Below, in pieces: positions 10,277 to 20,059 of a stretch of 64,000 nucleotides of DNA. Positions within the stretch are counted from its first letter, which is position 1; each line of letters starts with the position of its first letter. The notes beneath the pieces were generated by a model. It worked only from the letters and a program-made list of their open reading frames with translations. It was not told the origin of the DNA and made no database searches. The position numbers were made by a program, and so were the translations under genes. The stretch is from an uncultured Gammaproteobacteria bacterium (GTDB lineage Bacteria > Myxococcota_A > UBA796 > JAJRTE01): NCBI GenBank assembly GCA_964418585.1, contig CAYQMG010000045.1, positions 721 through 64,720 on the forward strand, in the 5' to 3' direction.

Positions 10277-10958
10277 TTCGGTGGGCGAGACAGGGCTGAA
10301 GTTTTTTGGCGTGATGACGGCGTCGATTTCCCACGAACTCAAGAACCGACTGGCGATCATCAACGAGCATGCGGGGTTGCTGAGTGACTTGCTTCGGATG
10401 GTACCGGAGGGAGGGCAGGTGGACCTGTCGCGGCTGGACCGGATTGCGCATTCTGTGTCGGAGCAGGTGTCCCTGGCGAACGACATTATCCGGAACCTCA
10501 ACCGGTTTGCGCACATCATCGACGAGCTTTGGTACGAGGTGGATCTTGGCGACCTGTTGGGCCGGTGTCGAGCACTTTTTTCGCGGCTGGCGGCCATGCA
10601 GTGTGTGACGCTCGAGGTGGCGGTGCCAGCCGATCCTGTGCGGGTTGGGACCTCCCCGTTTTTGCTTCTGAACCTTTTGTGGTTATGCGTGTACGAACTG
10701 GCGCGGGCCTCCACGCAGCCCCGGACGGTGACCCTGCGTTTGGCGAGGGTCGGCGACGGTGTGCGGCTGGAGGTGGAGAGTTTGGGGGGAGGAGGGGAGG
10801 CAGCGCCGCCGAGAGTCAGCGAGGAGATGTCGAAGCTGGCCGAAACCCTTCGCGCCGATGTATCCTGTCCTGCGGGAGCGCATCGGTTTTCTCTGGACCT
10901 GCCGGCGGGCCCTGCCGCGGGTTATGGCAACGACACGGAAGAGGAGCGTGTCATCTGA
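10266..10958 (+). CDS. Soluble histidine-kinase-like protein (HisKA-like H-box, degenerate ATPase domain)
   Basis: H-box-like MTASISHELKNRLAIINEHAGLLSDL with no TM segments. The C-terminal half aligns loosely to HATPase_c (RLEVESLGGG). Confidence 0.6.
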   Translation: MMSDSVGETGLKFFGVMTASISHELKNRLAIINEHAGLLSDLLRMVPEGGQVDLSRLDRIAHSVSEQVSLANDIIRNLNRFAHIIDELWYEVDLGDLLGRCRALFSRLAAMQCVTLEVAVPADPVRVGTSPFLLLNLLWLCVYELARASTQPRTVTLRLARVGDGVRLEVESLGGGGEAAPPRVSEEMSKLAETLRADVSCPAGAHRFSLDLPAGPAAGYGNDTEEERVI

Positions 10959-10972
10959 AGACGGAGGCCGAG

Positions 10973-11401
10973 ATGGCTGAACGAGTGTTGTTGGTGGATG
11001 ACGAAGAGGCGTTCCTCGAGGTAACGAGCGAACGGTTGAGGGCGCGAGGCATGGAGGTGGCGACCTCGAGTTCCGCCCCGGAAGCGTTGGCCATGATCGA
11101 GCAGGATTTGTTCGATGCGGTGGTGCTGGACCTGAAGATGCCAGGCATGGATGGGCTCGAGGCGCTGAAGCGGATTCGAGAGCGGCGTCCTGATGTGCAG
11201 GTCATCTTGCTCACCGGGCACGGGACGTTGGAGAAGGCGGTGGAAGCGATCAAGCGTGGGGCGATGGATTTCATCGAGAAGCCTGCCGACCTGGACGCGA
11301 TTGCGAACAAGATCCGCAAGGCCAAGCAGAAGCGGGTGCTCATCACGGACGAAATGAACAAGGAAAACATCCTGGAGATGCTTCGGCGGTTTGGGGTATG
11401 A
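10973..11401 (+). CDS. Stand-alone response regulator receiver protein
   Basis: MAERVLLVDDEEAFLEV...VLDLKMPGMDGLEAL...LLTGHG. 142 aa. Confidence 0.8.
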   Translation: MAERVLLVDDEEAFLEVTSERLRARGMEVATSSSAPEALAMIEQDLFDAVVLDLKMPGMDGLEALKRIRERRPDVQVILLTGHGTLEKAVEAIKRGAMDFIEKPADLDAIANKIRKAKQKRVLITDEMNKENILEMLRRFGV

Positions 11402-11627
11402 TCGGCACCACATGCCGGGCGGATGGGGTAATCCGTTGGCAAGGATGACGGGAGTGGCTCCTGTGTCCTGTGTGTCCTGGTGACGCGAGGGAGCAGGAGC
11501 TGCTATGTTTGGGGGGCGGTGCTGCGGGCGCGTCCGGGTGGATGGGCCGGTCTGAAGTGGTCCGGGGGTGCCTCTTGGCGGTCGGGATGGCACAGGGAAG
11601 CGTATCACGTTCGAAACAAGCAGAGTC

Positions 11628-13526
11628 ATGACACACACAACTGCCGAAAACACGCCGCCGAAGGGCAAGGTGCTTGCGACCTTGACGCTGGGCGCGCTTG
11701 GGGTGGTCTACGGGGACATCGGCACGAGCCCGCTGTATGCGATGCGGGAATGTTTCCATGGTCCGAACGGGATCGAGGCGGATCCAGCGAACGTGCTTGG
11801 GGTGCTTTCGTTGATCACGTGGTCGTTGATCCTCGTGGTGACGGTGAAGTACCTCCTTTTCGTGATGCGGGCGGACAACGAGGGCGAAGGGGGGATGTTT
11901 GCCTTGAGTGCCTTGCTGTCGCGTGCCGCGAAGGACTCGAGGTTTTCCCGGAACCTGAAGTTTGTGGCCCTGGCGTTGTTTGGCGCAGCGCTTTTTTACG
12001 GGGACGGGATGATCACGCCGGCGATCTCGGTGTTGAGTGCCGTGGAGGGGCTGGAGGTGGCCACCCCGTTTTTCAAGCCGTATGTGATCCCGATAGCGAT
12101 TGCCATCCTTGTGGGATTGTTCCTGTTCCAGCGGCGGGGGACCGGGCGAGTGGGGGCGGTCTTCGGCCCGATCACGGTGGTGTGGTTCATCACGTTGGCG
12201 ACCCTGGGGGTCGTGTCGGTGGTGGAGACTCCGGAAGTGTTCGAGGCCCTGAACCCGGTTCACGGGTGGCGTTTTTTCACTCACAACGGCCGGCGAGGGT
12301 TCCTGGTTCTGGGCGCGGTGTTTCTGGTGATCACCGGGTGCGAGGCGCTCTACGCGGACATGGGCCATTTCGGGCGGCGTCCGATCCGACTTGCGTGGCT
12401 GGGACTGGTGCTTCCGTCTCTGCTGGCCAACTACTACGGGCAAGGGGCGCTGGTCCTCCGGGATCCGGCGAGTGTTGAGAATCCGTTTTACCTGCTCGCG
12501 CCGTCCTGGGCGGTGTACCCGCTGGTCTTTCTGGCCACGGTGGCCACGGTCATCGCGTCGCAAGCGGTGATTTCCGGGGCATTCTCGTTGACGCGGCAGG
12601 CGGTGCAACTCGGCTACCTTCCCCGGTTGGAGATCCGGCACACATCGCGGGAGCACCGGGGTCAGATCTATGTGCCCTGGGTCAACTGGACCCTGTTGGT
12701 ATGCGTGGTGCTCCTGGTCCTCGGATTCCGGTCGTCGAGCAATCTGGCTGCGGCCTATGGGATCGCGGTGGCCACAGACATGGTCATCACGTCGTTTCTG
12801 GTGTTTGCCACTGCGCGCAGTGTGTGGCACTGGAACCGGGCTCTGGCCGGGCTGATGCTGGTGGCTTTCCTGGTGATCGACATTGCCTTCTTTGGTGCGA
12901 ATGCGATGAAGATTCCCCAAGGAGGCTATTTCCCGCTGATGGTGGGCGCGGCGATGTTCACGCTGCTGATCACCTGGAAGCAGGGCCGGGCCCTTTTGTA
13001 CGAGCGGATGGCGGCCGGGATGCTCCCCATCAAGGACTTTCTGGAGAGCTTTTCACGGAGTCGTCCCACGCAGGTACCGGGCACTGCGGTGTTCATGACC
13101 GGGAATCCCGGGGTCGTCCCCCACGCCTTGCTTCACAATCTGAAGCACAACAAGGTGCTGCACGAGCGGGTCGTCTTTCTCAACGTGGTCACGGAAGAGA
13201 AACCGTACGCCGCCGAGTCGGACCGGCTGAAGCTGGAGCGTCTGAAGGAGCCGTTCTGGAGACTCTCGATCCATTACGGGTTCATGGAATCTCCAGACAT
13301 TGTGGAGGTCCTGGCGGGCATCGAGGTGGATGGGAAGCCGTTCGATCCGATGGACACCTCCTTTTTCCTGGGCCGAGAGAACCTGATTGCCACGCGGCGA
13401 GGGCGCATGCGGTTGTGGCGCAAGAAGCTTTTCGTGTTCATCTCGAGGAACGCGGTTGGAGCGACCTCGTTTTTCCGGCTTCCTCCCAACCGGGTGGTGG
13501 AGTTGGGGCAGCAACTGGAACTGTGA
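11628..13526 (+). CDS. kup: KUP/HAK/KT family potassium uptake transporter
   Basis: Start at MTHTTAENT. The highly conserved Kup N-terminus is present (LGALGVVYGDIGTSPLYAMRECF) together with GEGGMFAL. Full-length, about 630 aa. Confidence 0.9.
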   Translation: MTHTTAENTPPKGKVLATLTLGALGVVYGDIGTSPLYAMRECFHGPNGIEADPANVLGVLSLITWSLILVVTVKYLLFVMRADNEGEGGMFALSALLSRAAKDSRFSRNLKFVALALFGAALFYGDGMITPAISVLSAVEGLEVATPFFKPYVIPIAIAILVGLFLFQRRGTGRVGAVFGPITVVWFITLATLGVVSVVETPEVFEALNPVHGWRFFTHNGRRGFLVLGAVFLVITGCEALYADMGHFGRRPIRLAWLGLVLPSLLANYYGQGALVLRDPASVENPFYLLAPSWAVYPLVFLATVATVIASQAVISGAFSLTRQAVQLGYLPRLEIRHTSREHRGQIYVPWVNWTLLVCVVLLVLGFRSSSNLAAAYGIAVATDMVITSFLVFATARSVWHWNRALAGLMLVAFLVIDIAFFGANAMKIPQGGYFPLMVGAAMFTLLITWKQGRALLYERMAAGMLPIKDFLESFSRSRPTQVPGTAVFMTGNPGVVPHALLHNLKHNKVLHERVVFLNVVTEEKPYAAESDRLKLERLKEPFWRLSIHYGFMESPDIVEVLAGIEVDGKPFDPMDTSFFLGRENLIATRRGRMRLWRKKLFVFISRNAVGATSFFRLPPNRVVELGQQLEL

Positions 13527-13634
13527 TTCCGGCTGTGTCGAGGTTCCTGGCCTACCCGGGAATCAGGGAGCGGGGGCGACGGGGGGTCGGAGCCGCATCC
13601 CCGCGCGACACCAGCGTGCGAGGAAGATTCCGCG

Positions 13635-13745
13635 CGCAAAAAAAAGCACAACACACACGTAGCATACCCATATTGCAGCACTATTTCGTTGCCCATTCCT
13701 GCATTGACAGTTCGTTCATCAATTCGATCAACCGTTCATCGCCCC
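13635..13745. promoter_or_regulatory. AT-rich island with TTGACA and phased direct repeats in a 630-bp noncoding gap
   Basis: Locally AT-rich segment in an otherwise GC-rich context. TTGACA at 13704-13709. Direct repeat CGTTCATC at 13713-13720 and 13733-13740, 20 bp apart. An A8 run sits at 13638-13645. Confidence 0.25.
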
Positions 13746-14161
13746 TTCCGTGCGTCGAGGGGATGATTCGGTCATAATCTTTCTCGGTCCTGCGACCTGG
13801 ACTATCCTCTGTCAGGCACGCACCACCACGCGACACGCGACGAAACGGCGGGAACGCAAATCGACACGTTCGAGCTGCGACATGCGGAAGCGGTAGTCAG
13901 CGCCACGTCTTCAGCGGTCATGAACCACGGCCCAGGTCCCGGGTGACGATACCAGAGGTGTGTCCTCACCAGGGAGTTGGCCATCGTCGAGGAATGTCCT
14001 GGTTACAACGGTTCGTTCCATACGGCCGTGCTCCGGGTGGGGGAGGGAGCGCCTGTCAAGGGGGCTCGAGGAACCGGTGTGCGAGGAACGACCTGCTGGA
14101 CCAGTCGATGCTTGGATCTCACACTTGAAACCCTGGTGCGAACCCTGGAGGGAAGCGAACG

Positions 14162-14941
14162 ATGGCTGAAACGTCAAGCTGGAGCAACGTCTCTTCGTTG
14201 TTGGAGGAACTGGTGTGCTTGCTGGTCGATGATCCGGAGCAGGTGCAGGTTCGGGCGCTGCAAGGAAGTCAGTCCACGGTGCTCGAGGTGTCGGTGGCGA
14301 AATCGGACTTTGGGAAATTGATCGGGAAACGGGGGTGTCGGGCGAACGCGATCCGGCAACTCCTGGTGGCGCTTTCCGGTGCGCACGACCGGCGGTTCCT
14401 GCTGGAACTCCTGGAGCCGCACGCGGACGCGCCGACCTCGTCTCGAGGCCGACCGCCGGTGCCTGACGCGGAGGAAGGGGTGACCGCGATCACGGGCATG
14501 CTCCAGCGGCTTGTGGAGCTGCTGGTGGACCACCCGGCGTCGGCGCGGGTGACGGCCTTGCCGGGGAGCCAAGTGGTCGTGTTCGAGGTCGGAGTGGACC
14601 CGGAAGACGTCCCCAGGCTCATCGGCGGCAACGGTCGTACGGCCACGGCGATCCGGGAGTTGCTGGTGGCGATCAGCGGGAAGTTCAAGCGACGGTTGAT
14701 CCTGGACATCACGGAGCCGTCGCGGAGCGGTCGGCCGGAGGCCAAGGCGACCCCGTCCCCGGTGGGCGCCGTGGCGATGTCGACCGGAGCGAGCCCGTCG
14801 AGGCAGGAGGAAGCGGACTCCGGTCCCGAGGTGACCAGGCGGTCGCGTCGCGTCTGGGAGCCGGAGTTGGAGGGGAACGCTGCACCCCAGGCGGCCGGGG
14901 CGGCCACGGGCGGGCCGGGTGAGACGAACCGGGCGGCCTGA
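14162..14941 (+). CDS. Tandem KH-domain RNA-binding protein (two KhpA-like KH_4 modules)
   Basis: Two repeats of the KhpA-like pattern (LVCLLVDDPEQVQVR...VLEVSVAKSDFGKLIGKRGCRANAIRQLL and LVELLVDHPASARVT...VFEVGVDPEDVPRLIGGNGRTATAIRELL), each with the GKxG KH motif. Confidence 0.7.
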   Translation: MAETSSWSNVSSLLEELVCLLVDDPEQVQVRALQGSQSTVLEVSVAKSDFGKLIGKRGCRANAIRQLLVALSGAHDRRFLLELLEPHADAPTSSRGRPPVPDAEEGVTAITGMLQRLVELLVDHPASARVTALPGSQVVVFEVGVDPEDVPRLIGGNGRTATAIRELLVAISGKFKRRLILDITEPSRSGRPEAKATPSPVGAVAMSTGASPSRQEEADSGPEVTRRSRRVWEPELEGNAAPQAAGAATGGPGETNRAA

Positions 14942-15024
14942 TCCTGCGGTATGGGCTCCGGCGAGGGGCCGATCTCAGATCTCGTTCCTTGCCGGGGCCG
15001 GTGTCCCTGTCACCGTTGCCACGG

Positions 15025-15951
15025 TCATCCTGTGATGGAGGTGGCCTCCTCGAGCTGAGCTGTCGGCGGCGGCCCGTCGAACGAGACGCGGAATCCGTCG
15101 GAACTGTAGTCCTTGTGAACCATTCTGACCAGTTCCCCCTGCTCGATCTCATACAGGTTATAGGACGCTTGCACCGGGTGCTCGAGGCCATGATCGTAGG
15201 CGGCGGAGCCGGCGTTGCACAGCAAGGTGACGCGCCCGTCGTCGTGCTTCAGGTGGTTGATGTAGCGCTGGTGGTCATGTCCGTGGAGCACGAGTTCCAC
15301 CGGGTGGCGCTGCAGCACGTCCATGAGGATCTCCCGATTCTCCAGCCTTCGCCAGAACTTGCCGGGTGCTTCGCCGTGTTCGTTCAGCAACGGGTAGTGG
15401 ATGAGGAGCACCTTGAATCGCCGGGCCACGTCCCGCCGAAGCAGCACCGCCTCCAGCCGTTCAGCCTCCACCGGGTCGACCCGCCCGGATGCGCCGAAGC
15501 CCGCCCGATTCGGGTTCATCCCCAGCACAGCGACATCGCCGAGGAAATGCAACGTGGGGTAGGTGGGCTCCTCGAGCGACGCACCAGGAGTGCGAATGTA
15601 CTGCCCGAAATACTGCTCGATGCGATGGAAACGAGCGGCTCCGGCGGTGTAGTAGTCGTGATTCCCCGGCACGATGATGGTGGGAAACCGTGACAGAATC
15701 GGCTCGAGTGCGTCTCGGGCAACCACGAACTCGGCGGGCGATCCCAGGGCGGTGATGTCCCCTGTGATGAGCACGGCGTCGGGGTGATCTGCGACCACGG
15801 CCTGGATGGCCTCGGCCGCGATGCGTGGATTGAAGCGTGCCACCCGCCGGAAGGCGAGCAGGTTGGCAAGCCCTATCAACCGCTTGGTTCTGAGTCCGGA
15901 CCAGTCTGGAAACCGGTAGAAGTGGAGGTCCGAAAGGTGGGCCAACAGCAT
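15025..15951 (-). CDS. Metallophosphoesterase (calcineurin-like phosphoesterase)
   Basis: Motifs LSDLHF, ITGDITALG, GNHDY, LLIHYP, LHGHDHQ match the calcineurin-like phosphoesterase signature (D-x-H...GD...GNHD/E...GH-x-H). Confidence 0.8.
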   Translation of the reverse strand: MLLAHLSDLHFYRFPDWSGLRTKRLIGLANLLAFRRVARFNPRIAAEAIQAVVADHPDAVLITGDITALGSPAEFVVARDALEPILSRFPTIIVPGNHDYYTAGAARFHRIEQYFGQYIRTPGASLEEPTYPTLHFLGDVAVLGMNPNRAGFGASGRVDPVEAERLEAVLLRRDVARRFKVLLIHYPLLNEHGEAPGKFWRRLENREILMDVLQRHPVELVLHGHDHQRYINHLKHDDGRVTLLCNAGSAAYDHGLEHPVQASYNLYEIEQGELVRMVHKDYSSDGFRVSFDGPPPTAQLEEATSITG

Positions 15952-15981
15952 GAGCGACTCCCATCCCGCCCCCGGGGCCTG

Positions 15982-16860
15982 TTACCTTCTGACATGCCTG
16001 CGGGGGGTTCTCGACCGCGGGGACCGGGTGTTCCGGTCGCGCCTGGTCGGCTTTTTCTTGCGCGGCCGCTTTCCGACATCCCGATGTTCATTCAAGATGG
16101 CCGCGATCTGGGCCTCCGGTACCGGGTCAGGCAGGCCGGGCGGAGCGTCTGCCAGGGCTTTCAAGGCGTGCAGTTCGTCGGAAGACACCTTGCGAAAGGT
16201 CCCGGGGGCGAGTCCCTTGACGCTGATGGGACCGAACTGAACCCGCTTGAGCTTGGTGACGGGGTGTCGAAGCTTCATCATGGCGTAACGCAACAGGCGG
16301 TGCCGTACTTCACGCACGGTAACCCGAAGCCAGGCGTTCCGGCCGGTCACGGAGACGAGTGTCACCTCCATGGGCAAGGTACGTCCACCCTGGAGGGGGA
16401 CGCCGACCCGGAGTTTTGCGAGTGTCCTGTCGTCCGGGATTCCGCGGACTTTCATGAGATAGGTTCGCGGGATCCCGGCTCGAGGGTGGTTCAGGGCGTG
16501 GGCGAGGCGGCGGTCAGAGGTCATGAGCATGATCCCCTCGTCGTCGGCCTCGAGCCGGGCCACGGGAACGAGGAGGCGCTTGACACGGCGCAGCTTTTCC
16601 ATGACCGTGGGCCGACCCAACGGGTCGGACGGAACGGACAGCACCCCTCGAGGCTTGTTGACCAGGAGGTAGATCGGTTCGATGGGACGCACGACCTTGC
16701 CGTCGACCTTGAAAACGTCCTGTTCCACCACCACGGGGTGCGCCGGCTCACGGACCACCCGCCCGTTGACCATCACACGTCCCTCGAGCACCATGCGCTC
16801 CGCTTCACGCCTGGTGGCGACCCCGAGTTCGGCCAGGGCCTTGGACAATCGTTGCTTCAT
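15982..16860 (-). CDS. rluB: 23S rRNA pseudouridine synthase (RsuA/RluB family) with Arg-rich C-terminal tail
   Basis: S4 domain (MKQRLSKALAELGVATRREAERMVLEGRVMVNGRVV). Catalytic motif region LLVNKPRGVLS...VARLEADDEGIMLMTSD. Start at MKQ (16860). Confidence 0.85.
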   Translation of the reverse strand: MKQRLSKALAELGVATRREAERMVLEGRVMVNGRVVREPAHPVVVEQDVFKVDGKVVRPIEPIYLLVNKPRGVLSVPSDPLGRPTVMEKLRRVKRLLVPVARLEADDEGIMLMTSDRRLAHALNHPRAGIPRTYLMKVRGIPDDRTLAKLRVGVPLQGGRTLPMEVTLVSVTGRNAWLRVTVREVRHRLLRYAMMKLRHPVTKLKRVQFGPISVKGLAPGTFRKVSSDELHALKALADAPPGLPDPVPEAQIAAILNEHRDVGKRPRKKKPTRRDRNTRSPRSRTPRRHVRR

Positions 16861-16952
16861 GCTGCCCGGTCCTCTCCTGTTGAAGGGTGCGCCACCTCCC
16901 CGTCCCAAGCAGACGGAGAGAATACGGCGGAAATGGCCGGGGCGCCTCCGGT

Positions 16953-17678
16953 CTAGTCACCCCTGCTCCCGGCACGCTCGCCACGGCCGGCCGTTCCAGT
17001 GGCTGCCGATTCCTCCATCCCGCTCAACGTGCTCAATTCGCCCATGGTCGGAAGCTCGGCCAGACTCCGGAGTCCGAACATCCGCAGGAAATCACGCGTG
17101 GTCCCGTAGATCAAGGGACGACCGATGTCGTCCTTGCGGCCCAAAATCCGGACCAACCGCTTCTCGAGCAGGGTTCGGAGCACCGAACCGGATTCCACCC
17201 CACGCACAGCCTCCACTTCGGCCCTCGTCACCGGCTGCCGGTAGGCGATGATCGCGAGACACTCCAGCGCAGCGCGGCTCAGTCGAGGGGGACGGCTCTT
17301 GACCAGAGCACGCAGCCAGGGGGCCAAGTCGGCTCGAGTGCGAAACACCAGCCCACCTGCGACCTCCTTCAACACGATACCACGACGCTCCAGCGAAAGG
17401 TCCGTTCTCAGCCGCTCGATCACCGACAGGAGTTCCTCGCGCTCCGCTCCCAGGATATCCCTGAGTTCCCGGAGGGTCACCGGCCGCTCCGCCGCAAAGA
17501 TCAGCGCTTCCACCACTGCCAGCCGCAAGTCTTCACCCATCTCAAGCCAGGGAGGCCGCTTCTCGTCTCGAGCCGAAACCCCCGGCACATCCGCCTGCGC
17601 CCCCGCCTGGACACCGGATGGTTCCGCCCCTCCTTCACCGGTGGAGATCAACCCTTCCATGTCGTGCGTGTTTTCCAT
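16953..17678 (-). CDS. scpB: Segregation and condensation protein B
   Basis: The ScpB winged-helix core is present (AVVEALIFAAERPVTLRELRDIL...GIVLKEVAGGLVFRT...ALECLAIIAYRQPVTRAEVEAVRGV...RPLIYGTTRDFL). It sits directly upstream of rluB, the conserved scpB-rluB arrangement. No scpA is upstream. Confidence 0.8.
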   Translation of the reverse strand: MENTHDMEGLISTGEGGAEPSGVQAGAQADVPGVSARDEKRPPWLEMGEDLRLAVVEALIFAAERPVTLRELRDILGAEREELLSVIERLRTDLSLERRGIVLKEVAGGLVFRTRADLAPWLRALVKSRPPRLSRAALECLAIIAYRQPVTRAEVEAVRGVESGSVLRTLLEKRLVRILGRKDDIGRPLIYGTTRDFLRMFGLRSLAELPTMGELSTLSGMEESAATGTAGRGERAGSRGD

Positions 17679-18307
17679 CGGGGTGCCAAGGTATCATCCC
17701 GCTCCATCAACGGCAACCGGAAGCTTCCCGAACGGGGCCCCCGGGTCGCCCTGGACCGGGTAGGTCGCCTCGAGACCGCCCGCGCTGGTTGCAGGCCAAC
17801 TGTAGTTCAGGGCGCACGATTGTCAAGCAGGGGACCTGACGCGAGGAAGAAAAAAAGAGGGGACAGGGGTACTCGGTATCGCAGGGGATTTGAGTATAAC
17901 CAGTGGAAGGGCGAAGAGAGCCCCCTGTCCGACAGGCCGGAGTGCCGCAGTGGTCGCGAGGCGACCGTGGACCGAACCGTTTCCTGGAATCACGCCTGCC
18001 ATCGCTTCTCCCCGAGTCGGCCCTGTCGTCTCGCGCCGTCGGCCCATCGAAATGCGCGAGGGGCACTGGTTCGGGTCGGGGAACGAAGTGCTGGCGATTC
18101 TCCGACACCCTCTGAGGCGAGGAGGTACAAGCAGCATGCCAGGATGGGCGAGGGCGTGGGATTCTTTTCGATCTTGCCGGAAAACGCCGGGTCATTCCGG
18201 GTTGGCGGGGGGATTACCGCGGCAGGATTGAGCGGCGGTGCTGTAATCCGTCCAGTTCCACCGTACCGAGTCCGGGAATTCCGGACAGAGTCCGAAAAAA
18301 TCGGACG

Positions 18308-19717
18308 CTACCTCGGCACGACCATTCCGTGCACCTTGAGCAGTTCGTACAGACGCGACCGGGAGAGCCCGGAGATCTGACAGGCGCGCTTGATGTCCGG
18401 GCCGACAAGGGTCATGAGGTCGCGGAGGTAGGCTCGCTCGGCCTGCCGAATGGCGTCCTTGCGGTATGTACGAAACGGGGGGAGTGAGCGGGCATGTTCG
18501 GGTGGGGGTTGGGCGTCATCCTCGACATGGGTGCTGGAGGCGACGGCGTTTCTTGCCACGAACACTCTGAGGTTGACGGGCAGGTGTCGAGCGAACAGGG
18601 TGTGCTCCCCGGCCGCGGCTGCGAGTGCGGACTCGAGGGTATTGACCAGCTCCCGGACGTTTCCGGGCCAGTCGTAGCGCATGAGTGCTTCGAAGAAATC
18701 TGGAGAGAATCCCTTGATGGGGGAGCGATGGCGGGCGCAGAACTTGTGGAGGTGGTGGAGCACGATGGGACGGATGTCCTCGGGCCGTTCGCGGAGCGGG
18801 GGGAGGTGAATGGTCATGGATCGGATGCGGTAGAGGAGGTCCTCACGGAACCGTCCTTCGGCCACCATCTGGTCGAGGTCGCGATTGGTTGCGGCGATGA
18901 GTCGGAAGTCAGAGGATTCCTCGAGTTCGCCGCCGACCGGTCGGAAGCGGTGTTCCTGGAGGACCCTGAGAAAGACTTTCTGGATGGTGGGAGGGAGTTC
19001 TCCGATTTCGTCGAGGAAGAGTGTGCCGCGGTGGGCCTGCTTGACGAGTCCGGGGGCGGATCGATCTGCGCCGGTGTAGGCGCCGCGTGCATGGCCGAAG
19101 AGGAGGGATTCGGCGAGGGTGTCGGGGAGGGCGGCGCAGTCGACCACGATGAACGGGCCATCGGCTCGGCGGCTGTTGTCGTGGATGGCTCGAGACACGA
19201 GTTCTTTTCCGGTGCCTGTCTCGCCGGTGATGAGCACGTTGGCCTCGGTCACGGCCGCCTGGGCGAGCAGGTCGAAGCAGGCCTTCATGGGGGGGCTTTC
19301 TCCGACCAGTTCCGGGTGCTCGAGGGCGACGATGGGGGGGCGTTCCGAGCGCTCGCGCCGGTATTCGAGCACGCGGGTGAGCTGGAGGGCGGTATCCTTG
19401 AGAGAGACGGGTTTTTCGAGGTAGGCCCAGGCGCCGCTCTTGATGGCGAGTTCGGCCCCGTCCGGGTCTCCCTCCCCGGTGATGATGATCACTTCCGGAG
19501 ATCCCCTGGATGCGCGCACATCCGGGATGGCGCTCAGCCCGTTGCCGTCCGGAAGTTGAACGTCCAGCAAGACCACATCGAACGTCTGTTTTCGGAGGCG
19601 ATCGAACCCGTCGTGGAGCGAGAGGGCGTATTCGGCCTCGTGCTTCATCATCTGCAGGTGCCGGTGCATCATCTCACACAGCATCAGATCGTCATCGATC
19701 ACCAGAACGCGTCCCAT
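18308..19717 (-). CDS. Sigma-54-dependent response regulator (NtrC family: REC + AAA+ + HTH)
   Basis: REC domain (VLVIDDD...[11 protein letters not shown]). Sigma-54 activator AAA+ motifs [14 protein letters not shown]-like GAYTGA, and ESELFGH-like ESLLFGH. C-terminal HTH. Start at MGRV (19717) with a GGAGG Shine-Dalgarno. Confidence 0.85.
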   Translation of the reverse strand: MGRVLVIDDDLMLCEMMHRHLQMMKHEAEYALSLHDGFDRLRKQTFDVVLLDVQLPDGNGLSAIPDVRASRGSPEVIIITGEGDPDGAELAIKSGAWAYLEKPVSLKDTALQLTRVLEYRRERSERPPIVALEHPELVGESPPMKACFDLLAQAAVTEANVLITGETGTGKELVSRAIHDNSRRADGPFIVVDCAALPDTLAESLLFGHARGAYTGADRSAPGLVKQAHRGTLFLDEIGELPPTIQKVFLRVLQEHRFRPVGGELEESSDFRLIAATNRDLDQMVAEGRFREDLLYRIRSMTIHLPPLRERPEDIRPIVLHHLHKFCARHRSPIKGFSPDFFEALMRYDWPGNVRELVNTLESALAAAAGEHTLFARHLPVNLRVFVARNAVASSTHVEDDAQPPPEHARSLPPFRTYRKDAIRQAERAYLRDLMTLVGPDIKRACQISGLSRSRLYELLKVHGMVVPR

Positions 19718-20059
19718 CCCTGTTTCCTCCCCCACGGGCCGGTTTCCGATTCGGGAATCCGGCTTCATCGAACAGATCAGCGGTGTTCCCGCTCCCCGCG
19801 AGACACGGTTGTCCATCTTAGCGCCGCCCACAGGTCCTTGCAAGCGTGCACGAGCGTTCCCGGAGACGCGGGGGCCGGCCAGTCTCGAGGTCCCCTCCGG
19901 GAAAGAGGTACCGGCCGACGCCTCCGAGACCGGGCACCGGGCCGCCCGCCACGTCTCGCCTCCAGTTGTTGACACCTCGAGCACCAACCCGTTACCATGC
20001 CCGCGTGCGTCTCCTGCGCATTGCGGCGAACACGGAAACCTGGTGATGGAGACCCGGGC

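Noticed and set aside
11343-12920. 525-aa minus-strand ORF
   Set aside because: It is antisense to kup, with R/H/P-rich low complexity.
13560-13650. GC-rich stem CGCGCG...CGCGCG followed by A8 run after kup
   Set aside because: The order (hairpin then A-run on the plus strand; U-run then hairpin on the minus strand) does not match an intrinsic terminator for either flanking gene.
16887-18380. 497-aa plus-strand ORF
   Set aside because: It overlaps scpB antisense and the intergenic region, its sequence is Arg/Pro/Gly-rich, and it has no motifs.
19880-19910. Possible sigma-54 promoter (GGCAC...GC) between the sigma-54 activator gene and the Kelch lipoprotein gene
   Set aside because: The spacing between the GG and GC elements is off by one and the -12 element is weak. 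A sigma70-like TTGACA-N17-TTACCA at about 19965-19993 is a better candidate. Not reported as a feature.
18494-19972. 492-aa plus-strand ORF
   Set aside because: It is antisense to the sigma-54 activator gene.
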